From Alphaproteobacteria bacterium (GTDB lineage: Bacteria > Pseudomonadota > Alphaproteobacteria > MPNO01): a stretch of 64,000 nucleotides of DNA. Where the stretch lies: the NCBI GenBank assembly GCA_965200535.1, contig CBDAUF010000001.1:519821-583820 (forward strand), read 5' to 3'. This document shows positions 28,328 through 37,660 of this stretch, piece after piece. A program made the position numbers and the translations under genes. Position 1 is the stretch's first letter, and every line of letters starts with the position of its first letter. Under the pieces are notes generated by a model, which saw only the letters and a program-made list of their open reading frames with translations, was not told the DNA's origin and made no database searches.

Positions 28328-30649
28328 TCATGACGACGATCCGGCCGCAGGATCGCCGTGCCGACCCTCTGCATCGTCCAGCAAACGGCGAATATCGCTC
28401 GGCGCGGCAGGCAGTTCGACGGGGCCGGCGCCGAGCGCCTGGCCGACGGCATTGGCGATCGCGGCGCCGGCGGCGACCAAGCCGCCCTCGCCCGCCCCCT
28501 TGAATCCGAGCGGGTTGGACTCCGCCGGATGGGTTTCGAGCGCGGCCGCGGCGACGCGCGGCGCCTCGGCGCTCGCCGGCACCAGATAGTCGGCCAGCGT
28601 CGCCGTCAGCAATTGTCCGTCCGGGTCGTGGCGGATGCGGTCGAACAGGGCGCCGCCGATCCCCTGAACCGCCGCCCCCACCGCTTGGCCCTCGACCAGC
28701 ATCGGGTTGAGCACCCGCCCCAACTCCTCGACGATGCGGTAGTCGAGCACCGCGACCTCGCCGGTCTCGACATCGACGGCGACATGGGCGGCATGAGCGC
28801 CGCAGCTCCAGGCGAGGGCTCCCCGATTGTCGAACCGTCCGGCGGCTTCCAACGCCTCGCCGCGGGACCGGGCGAAGTCGGCGAGGGCGCCGATGCCGAT
28901 GGCCTCCCCGCCGTCGGTCCGCTCGACGCGGCCGCCGCGCCAGACGAGGCGGCCGGGATCGACGTTCCAACGCAGGGCGGCGAGCTCCACGCAGCGCGCG
29001 CGGAACGCAGCGGCGGCCTCCGCGACCGCGTTGCCGGCCATCACGGTGGTCCTGCTGTGATAGCTGCCGCTGCCGTCGGGAAGCAGGCGGGTGGAGCCGT
29101 GGCGGACTGTAATCTCCGCCGGCGCAATGCCGAGTGCGTCGGCTGCGATCTGGCTCATCCCGGTTTCCACCCCCTGACCGAAGGAGGATGAGCCAACGCG
29201 GACCTCGATCCCGCCGTCCGGGCCGGCGGCGATGCGCGCGTGCTCGGGCGCGCCGGCGGCGCTGCTCTCGACGAAACACGCGATACCGAGCCCGTGGCGG
29301 CGGCCGTCCGCGCCGATCTCTCCCTGGCGGCTGCGCCAGGATCCGTAATCGGCGTCCGAGAGCAGCCGGCGCAGCACCGCCGGATAGTCGCCCCGCGCAT
29401 AGGCGGTCGCGGTATCGCCGGGCACCAGTTCGCCGATGGTGAACGGAAGCTCGTCGGGGCCGAGCAGGTTGGCGAGCCGCACCGCGGCGGGGTCGAGGCC
29501 GAGGTCGGCGGCCATCAGGTCGATCAGGCGCTCGCGGAAGAAATTGGCCTCGAAACGGCCGGGGCCGCGATAGGTTCCCGTCGGCGTGCGATTGGTGACC
29601 ACGATCGACGCTTCGCAGGAATAGTCGGGGACGCGGTAGGGTCCGGGCAGGAACTGGACCGTGCGAACCGGCACGATCCCGCCGTTGGTGCGGGCGTAGG
29701 CCCCGAGGTCGGCGACGACCGTGCCGCGCAGGCCGAGGATGGTGCCGTCTCGCTCGGCGGCAATCTCGAGAGTGCAAACGATGTCGCGGGAGTGGTTGGC
29801 GGCCATCAGGTGCTCACGCCGGTCCTCGATCCATTTGACCGGCCGGCCGGCGCGGCGGCTGGCGACGGGTGCCAGGTAGTCCTCCGGGTAGAGCTCGCCG
29901 CGCACCCCGAACCCGCCGCCGACATCGAGTTCGATCAGTTCGACCGCATCGTCCGCCAATCCGAAGGCGCGCGCGAGCGCACGCTTGTTGAAATGCGTGA
30001 CCTTCGCCGCTCCCCAGAGTTTCAGCGACCGCCCGTCGGCGAAGTCGGCGGCCAGCCCGCGTGTCTCCAGCGGCAGCGCCGTCTGACGATGGGTGCGGAA
30101 ACGCTCCCTGCGGCGGTAGGGTGCGGCAGCAAACGCGGCGTCCGCATCGCCGCGCCCGACGGTGTAGCGGATCGCGACGTTGTCCCCCGCTTCCTCGTGC
30201 ACCAGCACGGCGGTTTCTGCCGCGGTCTCGGGATCGGCCACCGGCGGGAGGGGGTCGTACTCGACCGCAATCGCCGCCAGCGCATCCTCCGCCGCATATC
30301 GGTCGACGGCGACAACCACCGCAACCGGCTCGCCCGCGAAACGCACCTTCTCCGCGGCCATCGGGCGCTGCAGGAAACGGTCGAACCCCGCGAGCCCGGC
30401 GAGGCGGAACGGGATCGCCGGCAACGGTCGGTCGAGATCGGCGGCGGAGAAGGCATCGATCGTTCCCGGCGCGGCGCGGGCGGCGGCCAGATCGATCCGC
30501 CGGATGCGGGCGTGGGCGAACGGGCTGCGCAGGACCGCCATGTGGACGGCGCCGGGCAGCGCGAAATCGTCGATGAAACAACCGTCGCCGCGCAGCAGGC
30601 GCGGATCCTCGAGCCGCTTCAACCTGCGCCCGATCATTCCGTCCGCCAT
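28328..30649 (-). CDS. xanthine dehydrogenase-family molybdopterin-binding subunit (CoxL/aldehyde oxidoreductase large-subunit type)
   Basis: The internal ATG at 30649 begins MADGMIGRRLKRLEDPRLLRGDG, a typical large-subunit N-terminus. Length is 773 aa. No medium (FAD) or small (2Fe-2S) subunit genes are adjacent. Confidence 0.8.
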   Translation of the reverse strand: MADGMIGRRLKRLEDPRLLRGDGCFIDDFALPGAVHMAVLRSPFAHARIRRIDLAAARAAPGTIDAFSAADLDRPLPAIPFRLAGLAGFDRFLQRPMAAEKVRFAGEPVAVVVAVDRYAAEDALAAIAVEYDPLPPVADPETAAETAVLVHEEAGDNVAIRYTVGRGDADAAFAAAPYRRRERFRTHRQTALPLETRGLAADFADGRSLKLWGAAKVTHFNKRALARAFGLADDAVELIELDVGGGFGVRGELYPEDYLAPVASRRAGRPVKWIEDRREHLMAANHSRDIVCTLEIAAERDGTILGLRGTVVADLGAYARTNGGIVPVRTVQFLPGPYRVPDYSCEASIVVTNRTPTGTYRGPGRFEANFFRERLIDLMAADLGLDPAAVRLANLLGPDELPFTIGELVPGDTATAYARGDYPAVLRRLLSDADYGSWRSRQGEIGADGRRHGLGIACFVESSAAGAPEHARIAAGPDGGIEVRVGSSSFGQGVETGMSQIAADALGIAPAEITVRHGSTRLLPDGSGSYHSRTTVMAGNAVAEAAAAFRARCVELAALRWNVDPGRLVWRGGRVERTDGGEAIGIGALADFARSRGEALEAAGRFDNRGALAWSCGAHAAHVAVDVETGEVAVLDYRIVEELGRVLNPMLVEGQAVGAAVQGIGGALFDRIRHDPDGQLLTATLADYLVPASAEAPRVAAAALETHPAESNPLGFKGAGEGGLVAAGAAIANAVGQALGAGPVELPAAPSDIRRLLDDAEGRHGDPAAGSSS

Positions 30650-30750
30650 GCGCTCCGCCGATTTTGCATTCCTGCCCGCCGGCGCTAGGGTAGGAGGACA
30701 AAATTTCGCGCGCAAACGGGAGCGCGGCCCTAGGGCGGAAGGAGAGTGCG

Positions 30751-31560
30751 ATGGATCTTCAACTGAATGGAAAGATCGCGGCGGTCACCGGCGGCAGCAT
30801 CGGCATCGGCCGGGCGATCGCCGAGAGCCTTGCGAACGAGGGCTGCAAGGTTGCGATCTGCGCCCGCGACAAGGCGCGGCTCGACGAGGCGGCCAGGGAC
30901 ATCGAGGGGCGGACAGGCCAGGAAATTCTGGCGCTGGCGGCGGACCTCACCAAACCGGAGGACGCCAGGGCGTTTATCGACGGCACCGCGGAGCATTTCG
31001 GCCGGCTGGATATTCTGGTCAACAACGCCGGTGCGGCGCCGGGCGGAATCCTGGAAGGGCTCACGGAAGCCGACTGGGAAGCCGCACTGCAACTCAAGTT
31101 CATGGGCTATGTGCGCTGCACCCTTCACGCGGTGCCGCACATGCGCAAACAGGGCGGCGGCCGCATCGTCAACCTGATCGGCAACGACGGGATCAAGCAC
31201 TCCTACTGGGAGATCGCCCCCGGCGCGGCCAACGCGGCGGGCCAGAACTTCACCCTGTCCATTGCCGCCCAGTACGGGCGCGAGAACATCACGCTGTGCG
31301 CGGTCAACCCCGGCCCGGTGCGGACCGAGCGCTGGGACGGGCTGGTCCGCGCCATGGCGCGGGACATGAACCTGACCTACGAGGAAGCCGACCAGCTCGC
31401 CCCGCGCGCCATCCCGCTCGGGCGCATCGCCGAATGCGACGAGGTCGCCAATCTGGTTACCTATCTCGCCTCGCCGCTCGCCCATTTCGTCAACGGCACG
31501 ATGATCGAGATCGATGGCGGCCAGCAGAAACCGCTGATGGACATGTTCCGCGACCGGTGA
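30751..31560 (+). CDS. SDR-family oxidoreductase
   Basis: It has AAVTGGSIGIGRAIA (TGxxxGIG), NNAG, and the active-site Y-x3-K region. Length is 269 aa. Confidence 0.85.
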   Translation: MDLQLNGKIAAVTGGSIGIGRAIAESLANEGCKVAICARDKARLDEAARDIEGRTGQEILALAADLTKPEDARAFIDGTAEHFGRLDILVNNAGAAPGGILEGLTEADWEAALQLKFMGYVRCTLHAVPHMRKQGGGRIVNLIGNDGIKHSYWEIAPGAANAAGQNFTLSIAAQYGRENITLCAVNPGPVRTERWDGLVRAMARDMNLTYEEADQLAPRAIPLGRIAECDEVANLVTYLASPLAHFVNGTMIEIDGGQQKPLMDMFRDR

Positions 31561-32888
31561 GCCGCTCCGCCGAGGCGCCGGCGCCCGAAGCGCTCGGCGC
31601 CGCCGCGGCCGCGCGGGAAATCGCTGCCGGCCGAACCAGTTCCGAGGCCGTGGTCGAGGCGTGCCTCGCGCGCATCGCCCGACGCGAGGAGACGGTCCGG
31701 GCCTGGGCCTTTCTCGACCCCGGCCGCGCCCTCGCCGAGGCCCGCGCGCGCGACGCCGAAAAGCGCGACGCGACGCAACAGAACCCGGGGCCGCTCCACG
31801 GGGTGCCCATCGGGATCAAGGACATCTTCGACACCGCCGACATGCCGACCGGGATGGGCTCGCCAATCTATGCCGGCCGCCGCCCCGGGGCGGACGCAGC
31901 GGCGGTGGCGCTCCTGCGCGCAGCCGGGGCGGTGATCCTCGGCAAGACGGTGACGGCGGAATTCGCCGGCACCCATCCCGGCCCCACGACCAACCCGCAC
32001 GACCCGGCCCGGACCCCCGGCGGGTCGTCCCAGGGCTCGGCAGCCGCCGTCGCAGACCGCATGATTCCGGCGGCGCTCGGCACCCAGACCGGCGGGTCGG
32101 TGCTGCGGCCGTCTTCCTATTGCGGCATCGTGGGCTTCAAGCCGACCTTCGGCACGTTCAACCGGGCCGGTATCAAGTTCGCCGCCGAGAGCCTCGACAC
32201 CATCGGGCTGCATGCCCGCACGCTGGAGGACATCGCGCTGCTGCGCGACGTCCTGATCGGTGCGGCGCCGGGCGGGATCGCCCCGCTCGACGAACCGCCC
32301 AGGATCGGCGTTTGCCGCACCCCGGCCTGGCATCTCGCCGAGCCCGCAACGGTCGAAGCGCTGGAGGCCGCGGAGGCGGCGATACGGGCGGCGGGAGCGG
32401 CCGTCGAGACGCTCGACCTGCCGCCCGCGTTCGACCCGCTTTCCGACGCGCGGCGGACGATCAACGATTACGAGCGCGCGCGGGCGATGGCGCACGAATG
32501 GCGCACCGACCGGGACCGGCTGAGTCCGGCAATGCAAAGGACGGTCGCGGCCGGTTTCTCGATCGCCTGGACAGATTATCGCGCGGCGCAGGCACGGACC
32601 GCCGAATGCCGGAAACGCCTCGACCGCCTGTTCGCCGGCTGCGATGCGCTTCTCGCACCGGCCGTCAACGGCGAGGCCCCGGTCGGCCTCGCCTATGCCG
32701 GCGATCCGGCCTTCCAGGCGTTGTGGACGATGCTCCACGCGCCGGCGATCACGTTGCCGACCCATCGCGGGCCGAACGGCATGCCGGTGGGACTCCAGCT
32801 TGTCGCGCGCCGCGGCGCCGACGACCTCCTGCTCTCGGTCGCCGCGTGGGTATGGGACCGCTGCGGCGCCCGGGTGCCGACACCGTAG
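31557..32888 (+). CDS. amidase-signature family amidase
   Basis: The GTG start forms a GTGA overlap with the SDR stop. GGSSQGSAAAV plus GTQTGGSVLRPSSYCGIVGFKPT is the AS-family Ser-cisSer-Lys core. Length is 443 aa. Confidence 0.8.
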   Translation: MSRSAEAPAPEALGAAAAAREIAAGRTSSEAVVEACLARIARREETVRAWAFLDPGRALAEARARDAEKRDATQQNPGPLHGVPIGIKDIFDTADMPTGMGSPIYAGRRPGADAAAVALLRAAGAVILGKTVTAEFAGTHPGPTTNPHDPARTPGGSSQGSAAAVADRMIPAALGTQTGGSVLRPSSYCGIVGFKPTFGTFNRAGIKFAAESLDTIGLHARTLEDIALLRDVLIGAAPGGIAPLDEPPRIGVCRTPAWHLAEPATVEALEAAEAAIRAAGAAVETLDLPPAFDPLSDARRTINDYERARAMAHEWRTDRDRLSPAMQRTVAAGFSIAWTDYRAAQARTAECRKRLDRLFAGCDALLAPAVNGEAPVGLAYAGDPAFQALWTMLHAPAITLPTHRGPNGMPVGLQLVARRGADDLLLSVAAWVWDRCGARVPTP

Positions 32889-32915
32889 CGGCGCCCGAAA
32901 ACGTCGGGATTTTTA

Positions 32916-32932
32916 TTTGGAATAATTCTAAA
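32916..32932. promoter_or_regulatory. candidate Irr-box / iron control element (ICE)
   Basis: TTTGGAATAATTCTAAA differs from the alphaproteobacterial ICE consensus TTTAGAA-N3-TTCTAAA at one position. It lies in the only markedly AT-rich patch of the window, immediately upstream of a -35 element and the rubrerythrin gene. Confidence 0.5.
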
Positions 32933-32935
32933 CTC

Positions 32936-32964
32936 TTGACCGATCATGCCGGATGGCGTATATC
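32936..32964 (+). promoter_or_regulatory. candidate sigma70-type promoter (TTGACC-17 nt-TATATC)
   Basis: The -35 is TTGACC (32936-32941), the spacer is 17 nt, and the -10 is TATATC (32959-32964). It lies ~58 nt upstream of the rubrerythrin ATG. Confidence 0.4.
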
Positions 32965-33021
32965 GGCGCGTACCGGATTCGACAGCCCAACACCGTGGAA
33001 GATACCGAGGGAGAAGAACAG

Positions 33022-33441
33022 ATGGCAGGTCTCAAAGGCACCAGGACGGAACAGAATCTGAAGGATGCGTTCGCCGGCGAATCGCAGGCGAACCGCCGCT
33101 ATCTCTATTTCGCCCAGAAGGCGGACGTCGAGGGCTACAACGACGTCGCGGCGGTCTTCCGGTCCACCGCCGAAGGCGAGACGGGCCACGCGCACGGCCA
33201 TCTCGAGTATCTCGAGGAAACCGGCGATCCCGCCACCGGCGAGCGCATCGGTACGACGTCCGACAATCTGAAGGCCGCGGTTGCCGGGGAAACCCACGAA
33301 TACACCGACATGTATCCCGGCATGGCGCGGACCGCGCGCGAGGAAGGGTTCGAGGAAATCGCCGACTGGTTCGAGACCCTGGCGAAAGCCGAACGGTCGC
33401 ATGCCGGACGCTTCACCAGGGCGCTGAACGAGCTCGACTGA
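33022..33441 (+). CDS. rubrerythrin-family diiron protein (no rubredoxin domain)
   Basis: The RBS GAGGGAGAAG precedes the start. Two ExxH diiron half-sites are visible ([10 protein letters not shown]..., AGETHEY..., AERSHAGR). Length is 139 aa. Confidence 0.75.
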   Translation: MAGLKGTRTEQNLKDAFAGESQANRRYLYFAQKADVEGYNDVAAVFRSTAEGETGHAHGHLEYLEETGDPATGERIGTTSDNLKAAVAGETHEYTDMYPGMARTAREEGFEEIADWFETLAKAERSHAGRFTRALNELD

Positions 33442-33594
33442 CCCGGCGCGCATCTCCGGCCCGCCAAGTGCGCGGCCGTACGCCCCGCCGCGTTGCCGGG
33501 GACCGCGGGGTGTGTCCGGTTCGGAGCGGGTTTCCCGCACCGGCCAGCGCTGATCCCCGCCGCCGGCAGCACCCACGCCAAACAGGGCGAGACA

Positions 33595-34938
33595 ATGGTT
33601 GAAGGTGGTCTCGAAGCGCCCGTCCGCCACCCGATCGACTGGAACGATCCGGCGTTTTACGACGCCGATGCGCTCGACCGGGAGTTGAGACGGGTCTTCG
33701 ATGTCTGCCACGGCTGCCGGCGCTGCTTCAATCTTTGCGATTCGTTCCCGCGGCTCTTCGATCTGATCGACGAATCGGAGACCATGGAGCTCGACGGCGT
33801 CGACAGCGCCGATTTCAAGCAGGTCGTCGACGGCTGCACCCTGTGCGACATGTGCTTCATGACCAAGTGCCCCTACGTGCCGCCGCACGAGTTCAACCTC
33901 GATTTCCCCCATCTGATGCTGCGCTACCGGGCGGTCGAGCACCGCGCCCGCAAGACGCCGTTGGTCGAGCGCCAGCTCACCGAGACCGACCGCAACGGCA
34001 AGCTGGCGGCTCCCGTCGCCCCGCTCGCCAACTGGGCCAGCAGGACCAGCAACGGGCTCACCCGCCCGGCGATGCAGGCCGCGCTGGGCATCCACCGCGA
34101 GGCCGCTGTGCCCAGGTTACACGGCAGGACGTTCCAGGCGGAGGCGCGCCGGTCGCCGGCCGCAGCCAACAGCGGCGCACCCGCGTACGGGCGCAAGGCG
34201 GTTCTCTACGCCACCTGCTTCGCGAACTACAACGCGCCCGAGATCGGCCGCGCGGCGCGGGCGGTTCTGGCCCGAAACGGGGTCGAGACGGAGGTCGTCT
34301 ATCCCCGCTGCTGCGGCATGCCCAAGCTCGAGCACGGGGATATCGCCCGCGTCGCCGAACATGCGAGGACGGTTTCGGCCGAAATGGCGCCGTGGATCGA
34401 GAAGGGCTACGACATCGTCGCCCTGGTGCCGAGTTGCTCGCTGATGCTCAAGTTCGAGTGGCCCCTGATCCTGCCGGAGGACGCGGCGGTGAAACGCCTC
34501 TCCGAATCCACCCGCGACATCTGCGAATACGTCGTCGATATCGCGCGCAAGGAGGGGCTTGCGCCCGGCCTCGCCGCCGTCGACGGCGGGGTGACGGTTC
34601 ACCTCGCCTGTCATGCACGGGCGCTGAACGCCGGCCCCAAGGCGGCCGACCTGCTCCGCCTGCTGCCCGAGACCGAAGTGACGGTCATCGAACGATGCTC
34701 CGGCCACGGCGGGTCGTGGGGCATGATGAAGGACAATTTCGAAACCGCCCTCAAGGTCGGCCGCCCGGTGGCGCGTCAGGCGCTCCAGGCCGGATCGGGG
34801 ACGGTCGTCTCCGAATGCCCGCTCGCCGGCCTGCACATCCTCCAGGGCATGGAGCGGCAGGCCGGCGACGGCCAGCCCGCGCCGTCCGCAGCGCGGCATC
34901 CGATCCAGTTGATCGCCGCCGCCTACGGGCTGGACTGA
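33595..34938 (+). CDS. (Fe-S)-binding protein with N-terminal 4Fe-4S ferredoxin motifs and two cysteine-rich CCG domains (GlpC/HdrD-like)
   Basis: The ferredoxin motifs are [11 protein letters not shown] and [13 protein letters not shown]. Downstream Cys clusters fit the CCG-domain pattern (CFANYN..., CCGMP, PSCSLM, CHAR...RCSGHGG). Confidence 0.75.
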   Translation: MVEGGLEAPVRHPIDWNDPAFYDADALDRELRRVFDVCHGCRRCFNLCDSFPRLFDLIDESETMELDGVDSADFKQVVDGCTLCDMCFMTKCPYVPPHEFNLDFPHLMLRYRAVEHRARKTPLVERQLTETDRNGKLAAPVAPLANWASRTSNGLTRPAMQAALGIHREAAVPRLHGRTFQAEARRSPAAANSGAPAYGRKAVLYATCFANYNAPEIGRAARAVLARNGVETEVVYPRCCGMPKLEHGDIARVAEHARTVSAEMAPWIEKGYDIVALVPSCSLMLKFEWPLILPEDAAVKRLSESTRDICEYVVDIARKEGLAPGLAAVDGGVTVHLACHARALNAGPKAADLLRLLPETEVTVIERCSGHGGSWGMMKDNFETALKVGRPVARQALQAGSGTVVSECPLAGLHILQGMERQAGDGQPAPSAARHPIQLIAAAYGLD

Positions 34939-34946
34939 GGCGCGCC

Positions 34947-35537
34947 ATGCCGGCCAAGCGGGCGATCGCACGGGAGGACATCCTCGATATCGGCGAGTAC
35001 GGCGCGCAGCGCAGGGCGCTCAAGCGCGAACTCGCCGACTACAAGGTCAACCGCCGGATCGCCGTCGGGCCGTTCGCCACCTTCTACTTCGAAAGCTACC
35101 GGACGATGTGGCATCAGGTGCACGAGATGCTGTTCATCGAGAAGGGCGGCGAGGAACAGATCGTCGACGAACTGGAAGCCTATAACCCGCTTGTTCCCCG
35201 CGGCGACGAGCTGGTGGCGACGGTCATGTTCGAGATCGACGATCCGGTTCGCCGCGCCCGCGTGCTCGCCGGCCTCGGCGGGGTGGAGCACGCCATGAGC
35301 TTCGCCGTCGCCGGCCAGCGGATCGACGGACACAGCGACGACGACGTCGACCGGACCAACGCCGCCGGAAAGGCCTCGTCGGTCCACTTCGTCCACTTTC
35401 GCTTCACGCCTGGGCAGATCGCGGCGTTCAGGACCGAAGGCGCCGAAATCGTCGTCGGGATCAACCACCCGAACTACGGCCACATGGCGGTATTGCCTCA
35501 ACCCGTGCGCGCCGCCCTCGCCGAGGATTTCGACTGA
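34947..35537 (+). CDS. DUF3501-family protein
   Basis: Length is 196 aa. It is conserved next to HdrD/GlpC-like CCG proteins and rubrerythrin. I recognise it by this layout rather than by a catalytic motif. Confidence 0.55.
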   Translation: MPAKRAIAREDILDIGEYGAQRRALKRELADYKVNRRIAVGPFATFYFESYRTMWHQVHEMLFIEKGGEEQIVDELEAYNPLVPRGDELVATVMFEIDDPVRRARVLAGLGGVEHAMSFAVAGQRIDGHSDDDVDRTNAAGKASSVHFVHFRFTPGQIAAFRTEGAEIVVGINHPNYGHMAVLPQPVRAALAEDFD

Positions 35538-35618
35538 CCGCCGGCTGCGCCGGCCGGTTCGCGTTCGCCCGAAAATGCGCTAGCGTTCCCGTCTTCCGAT
35601 TTCGACCGGGCAGGTGCA

Positions 35619-36479
35619 ATGGACTGGACCAGACGACGCGAGCGCTTTCGCGCGATACTCGCAGGGGATCGCTGCATCCACCCGGCTTCGGTCTTCGATC
35701 CGGTTTCCGCCCGCATCGCCGAGGATCTCGGTTTCGAGGCCGGGATGTTTGCCGGCTCCGTCGCCTCGATGACGGTGCTGGGAGCGCCCGATCTGATCGT
35801 CTTGTCGCTGACCGAGTTTGCCGGGCAGGCCTACCGCATCTGCCGCGCCGGGGATCTCGCGCTGATGGTCGATGCCGACCACGGCTACGGCAACGCGCTC
35901 AACGCGATGCGCACGGTAGAGGAGCTCGAGGCCGCCGGCATCGCCGCGCTGACCGTCGAGGATACCGAGCTTCCCGCCCCGTTTGCCACCGCGGGACCGC
36001 GCCTGATCCCGCTCGAGGAAGGGGTGGGCAAGATGAAGGCCGCGCTCGCCGCTCGGAGCGACCCTTGCCTGACGATCGCCGGGCGGACCAGCGCCGCCGC
36101 CATCACCGACCTCGACGACGCAATACGCCGTGCCAAAGCCTACGAGGAGGCGGGTGTCGATGCCATGTTCCTCACCGGAATCCGGACCCGCGCGGATGTC
36201 GAGGCCGTCGGCGCCGCGCTCGGCGTCCCGGTCTTTCTCGGTGCCGCGCCGCCGGAGATCATGGATCTCGACTTTCTCGGCCGGAACGGCGTGCGCGTCT
36301 GTCTCCAGGGCCACCAGCCCTTCATGGCCGCGGTCGAGGCGGTTCAGGCGACGCTGAAATCGCTGCGCGCAGGCGTGCCGCCGTCGGCGCTCGAGGGTGT
36401 CGCCTCTCCCGAACTGATGCGGCAGGTCACGCGCGACGGGGATTACCGACGCTGGACAAAGGCGTATCTCGGCGGATGA
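35619..36479 (+). CDS. isocitrate lyase/PEP mutase (ICL/PEPM) superfamily protein with non-canonical active-site loop
   Basis: The Mg-binding VDADHGYGNA (DxD), the TIM-barrel pattern and C-terminal AKAYEEAGVDAMF are present. The gating loop reads VEDTELPAPFATAG, which is neither the ICL K(K/R)CGH motif nor the PEPM EDKxFPKxNS motif. Confidence 0.7.
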   Translation: MDWTRRRERFRAILAGDRCIHPASVFDPVSARIAEDLGFEAGMFAGSVASMTVLGAPDLIVLSLTEFAGQAYRICRAGDLALMVDADHGYGNALNAMRTVEELEAAGIAALTVEDTELPAPFATAGPRLIPLEEGVGKMKAALAARSDPCLTIAGRTSAAAITDLDDAIRRAKAYEEAGVDAMFLTGIRTRADVEAVGAALGVPVFLGAAPPEIMDLDFLGRNGVRVCLQGHQPFMAAVEAVQATLKSLRAGVPPSALEGVASPELMRQVTRDGDYRRWTKAYLGG

Positions 36480-37645
36480 CGGCGCGCCGCCATGCCGAAA
36501 TCGCGGGGGCGGGCTTTGCCGGGCTCGTCGCCGCCATCGCGCTCGCCGACCGCGGCTGGACGGTGCGGGTCCACGAACGGGCGGATGCGCTGCGTGCGTT
36601 CGGCGCCGGCATCTTCATCTGGGAGAACGGGCTTCGGGTGCTGAAGGCGGTCGGCGCCTACGACGATGTGATCGCCGGGTCGCATGACGGGGAGGTGTAC
36701 GAAGTCCGCGACCGCGACCGCGTGGTGGCGGAGACCCGGTTCGACCGCCGCATGGGCAGCCGCATGCTGACCATGACCCGCCAGACCCTCTACGCCGCGA
36801 TCCTCGCCGCCGCCGGGCGCCGCGACATCGAGATTCTGACCCGTTCGGAGGCAGCCGGCGCCGAGCCCGAGGGGGTGCTGCTGACGGCCGGCGGCGGACG
36901 TCATGCAGCCGATCTCGTCGTCGGCGCCGACGGCGTGCATTCGCGCATCAGGGATTCCCTCGGTTTGCAGAAGGAGCGCAACAGGGGAACGCTCGGCCTC
37001 GTCCGGGTGCTCGCGCCGCGCAGCCTGGACAGGCTCGGCCCCGGCCGCTGGGACCGTGTGATCGATTTCTGGAATCTGCCCCACCGGTCGCTCCGCATTC
37101 TCTATGTGCCGTGCAACGCCGACGACCTCTACCTGGCGATGATGGCTCCGGTCGAGGATCGGGAAGCGACCGCGATCCCGGTGCGCCCGGATATCTGGAC
37201 GCGCGCCTTTCCCGACCTCGAGCCTGTCATCCGCCAAATATCGGCCGAGGGGCGGTACGACCCCTACGAGACCGGAAAACTCACCCGCTGGTCGTCGGGC
37301 CGGGTCGCCGTCGTCGGCGATGCGGCGCACGCCATGGTCCCCTCGCTCGGCCAGGGCGCCGGGCTGGCGATGGCCAACGCGCTGGGCCTCGCGGTCGCCC
37401 TCGACGAGACTCCCGACATTCCGGACGCCCTGGCCCACTGGGAGCGCAGGGAGCGGCCGCTCACCGAATACACCCAGGATCTGTCGGCGAAGATCGCCCG
37501 CGACCGACTCGAGACCTGTGGTCGGATATGGTCGGAGGATGCGGTCAGGACGGCGCGCAGCCTGCCCACGGGGACCGGACATCCGCCGCGTGTTCCCGAC
37601 CGGCCTGCCGGTTGCAATGCGGTGCAAAGTGCGGCAGGGCGGTAG
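36476..37645 (+). CDS. class A FAD-dependent aromatic monooxygenase (salicylate/3-hydroxybenzoate hydroxylase-like)
   Basis: The start forms an ATGA overlap with the upstream gene. The motifs are GAGFAGLVAAIALA (GxGxxG), DLVVGADGVHS (DG) and VGDAAHAMVPSLGQGAG (GD). Length is 389 aa. Confidence 0.8.
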   Translation: MTARRHAEIAGAGFAGLVAAIALADRGWTVRVHERADALRAFGAGIFIWENGLRVLKAVGAYDDVIAGSHDGEVYEVRDRDRVVAETRFDRRMGSRMLTMTRQTLYAAILAAAGRRDIEILTRSEAAGAEPEGVLLTAGGGRHAADLVVGADGVHSRIRDSLGLQKERNRGTLGLVRVLAPRSLDRLGPGRWDRVIDFWNLPHRSLRILYVPCNADDLYLAMMAPVEDREATAIPVRPDIWTRAFPDLEPVIRQISAEGRYDPYETGKLTRWSSGRVAVVGDAAHAMVPSLGQGAGLAMANALGLAVALDETPDIPDALAHWERRERPLTEYTQDLSAKIARDRLETCGRIWSEDAVRTARSLPTGTGHPPRVPDRPAGCNAVQSAAGR

Positions 37646-37660
37646 ACAGGAGGAGGATCG

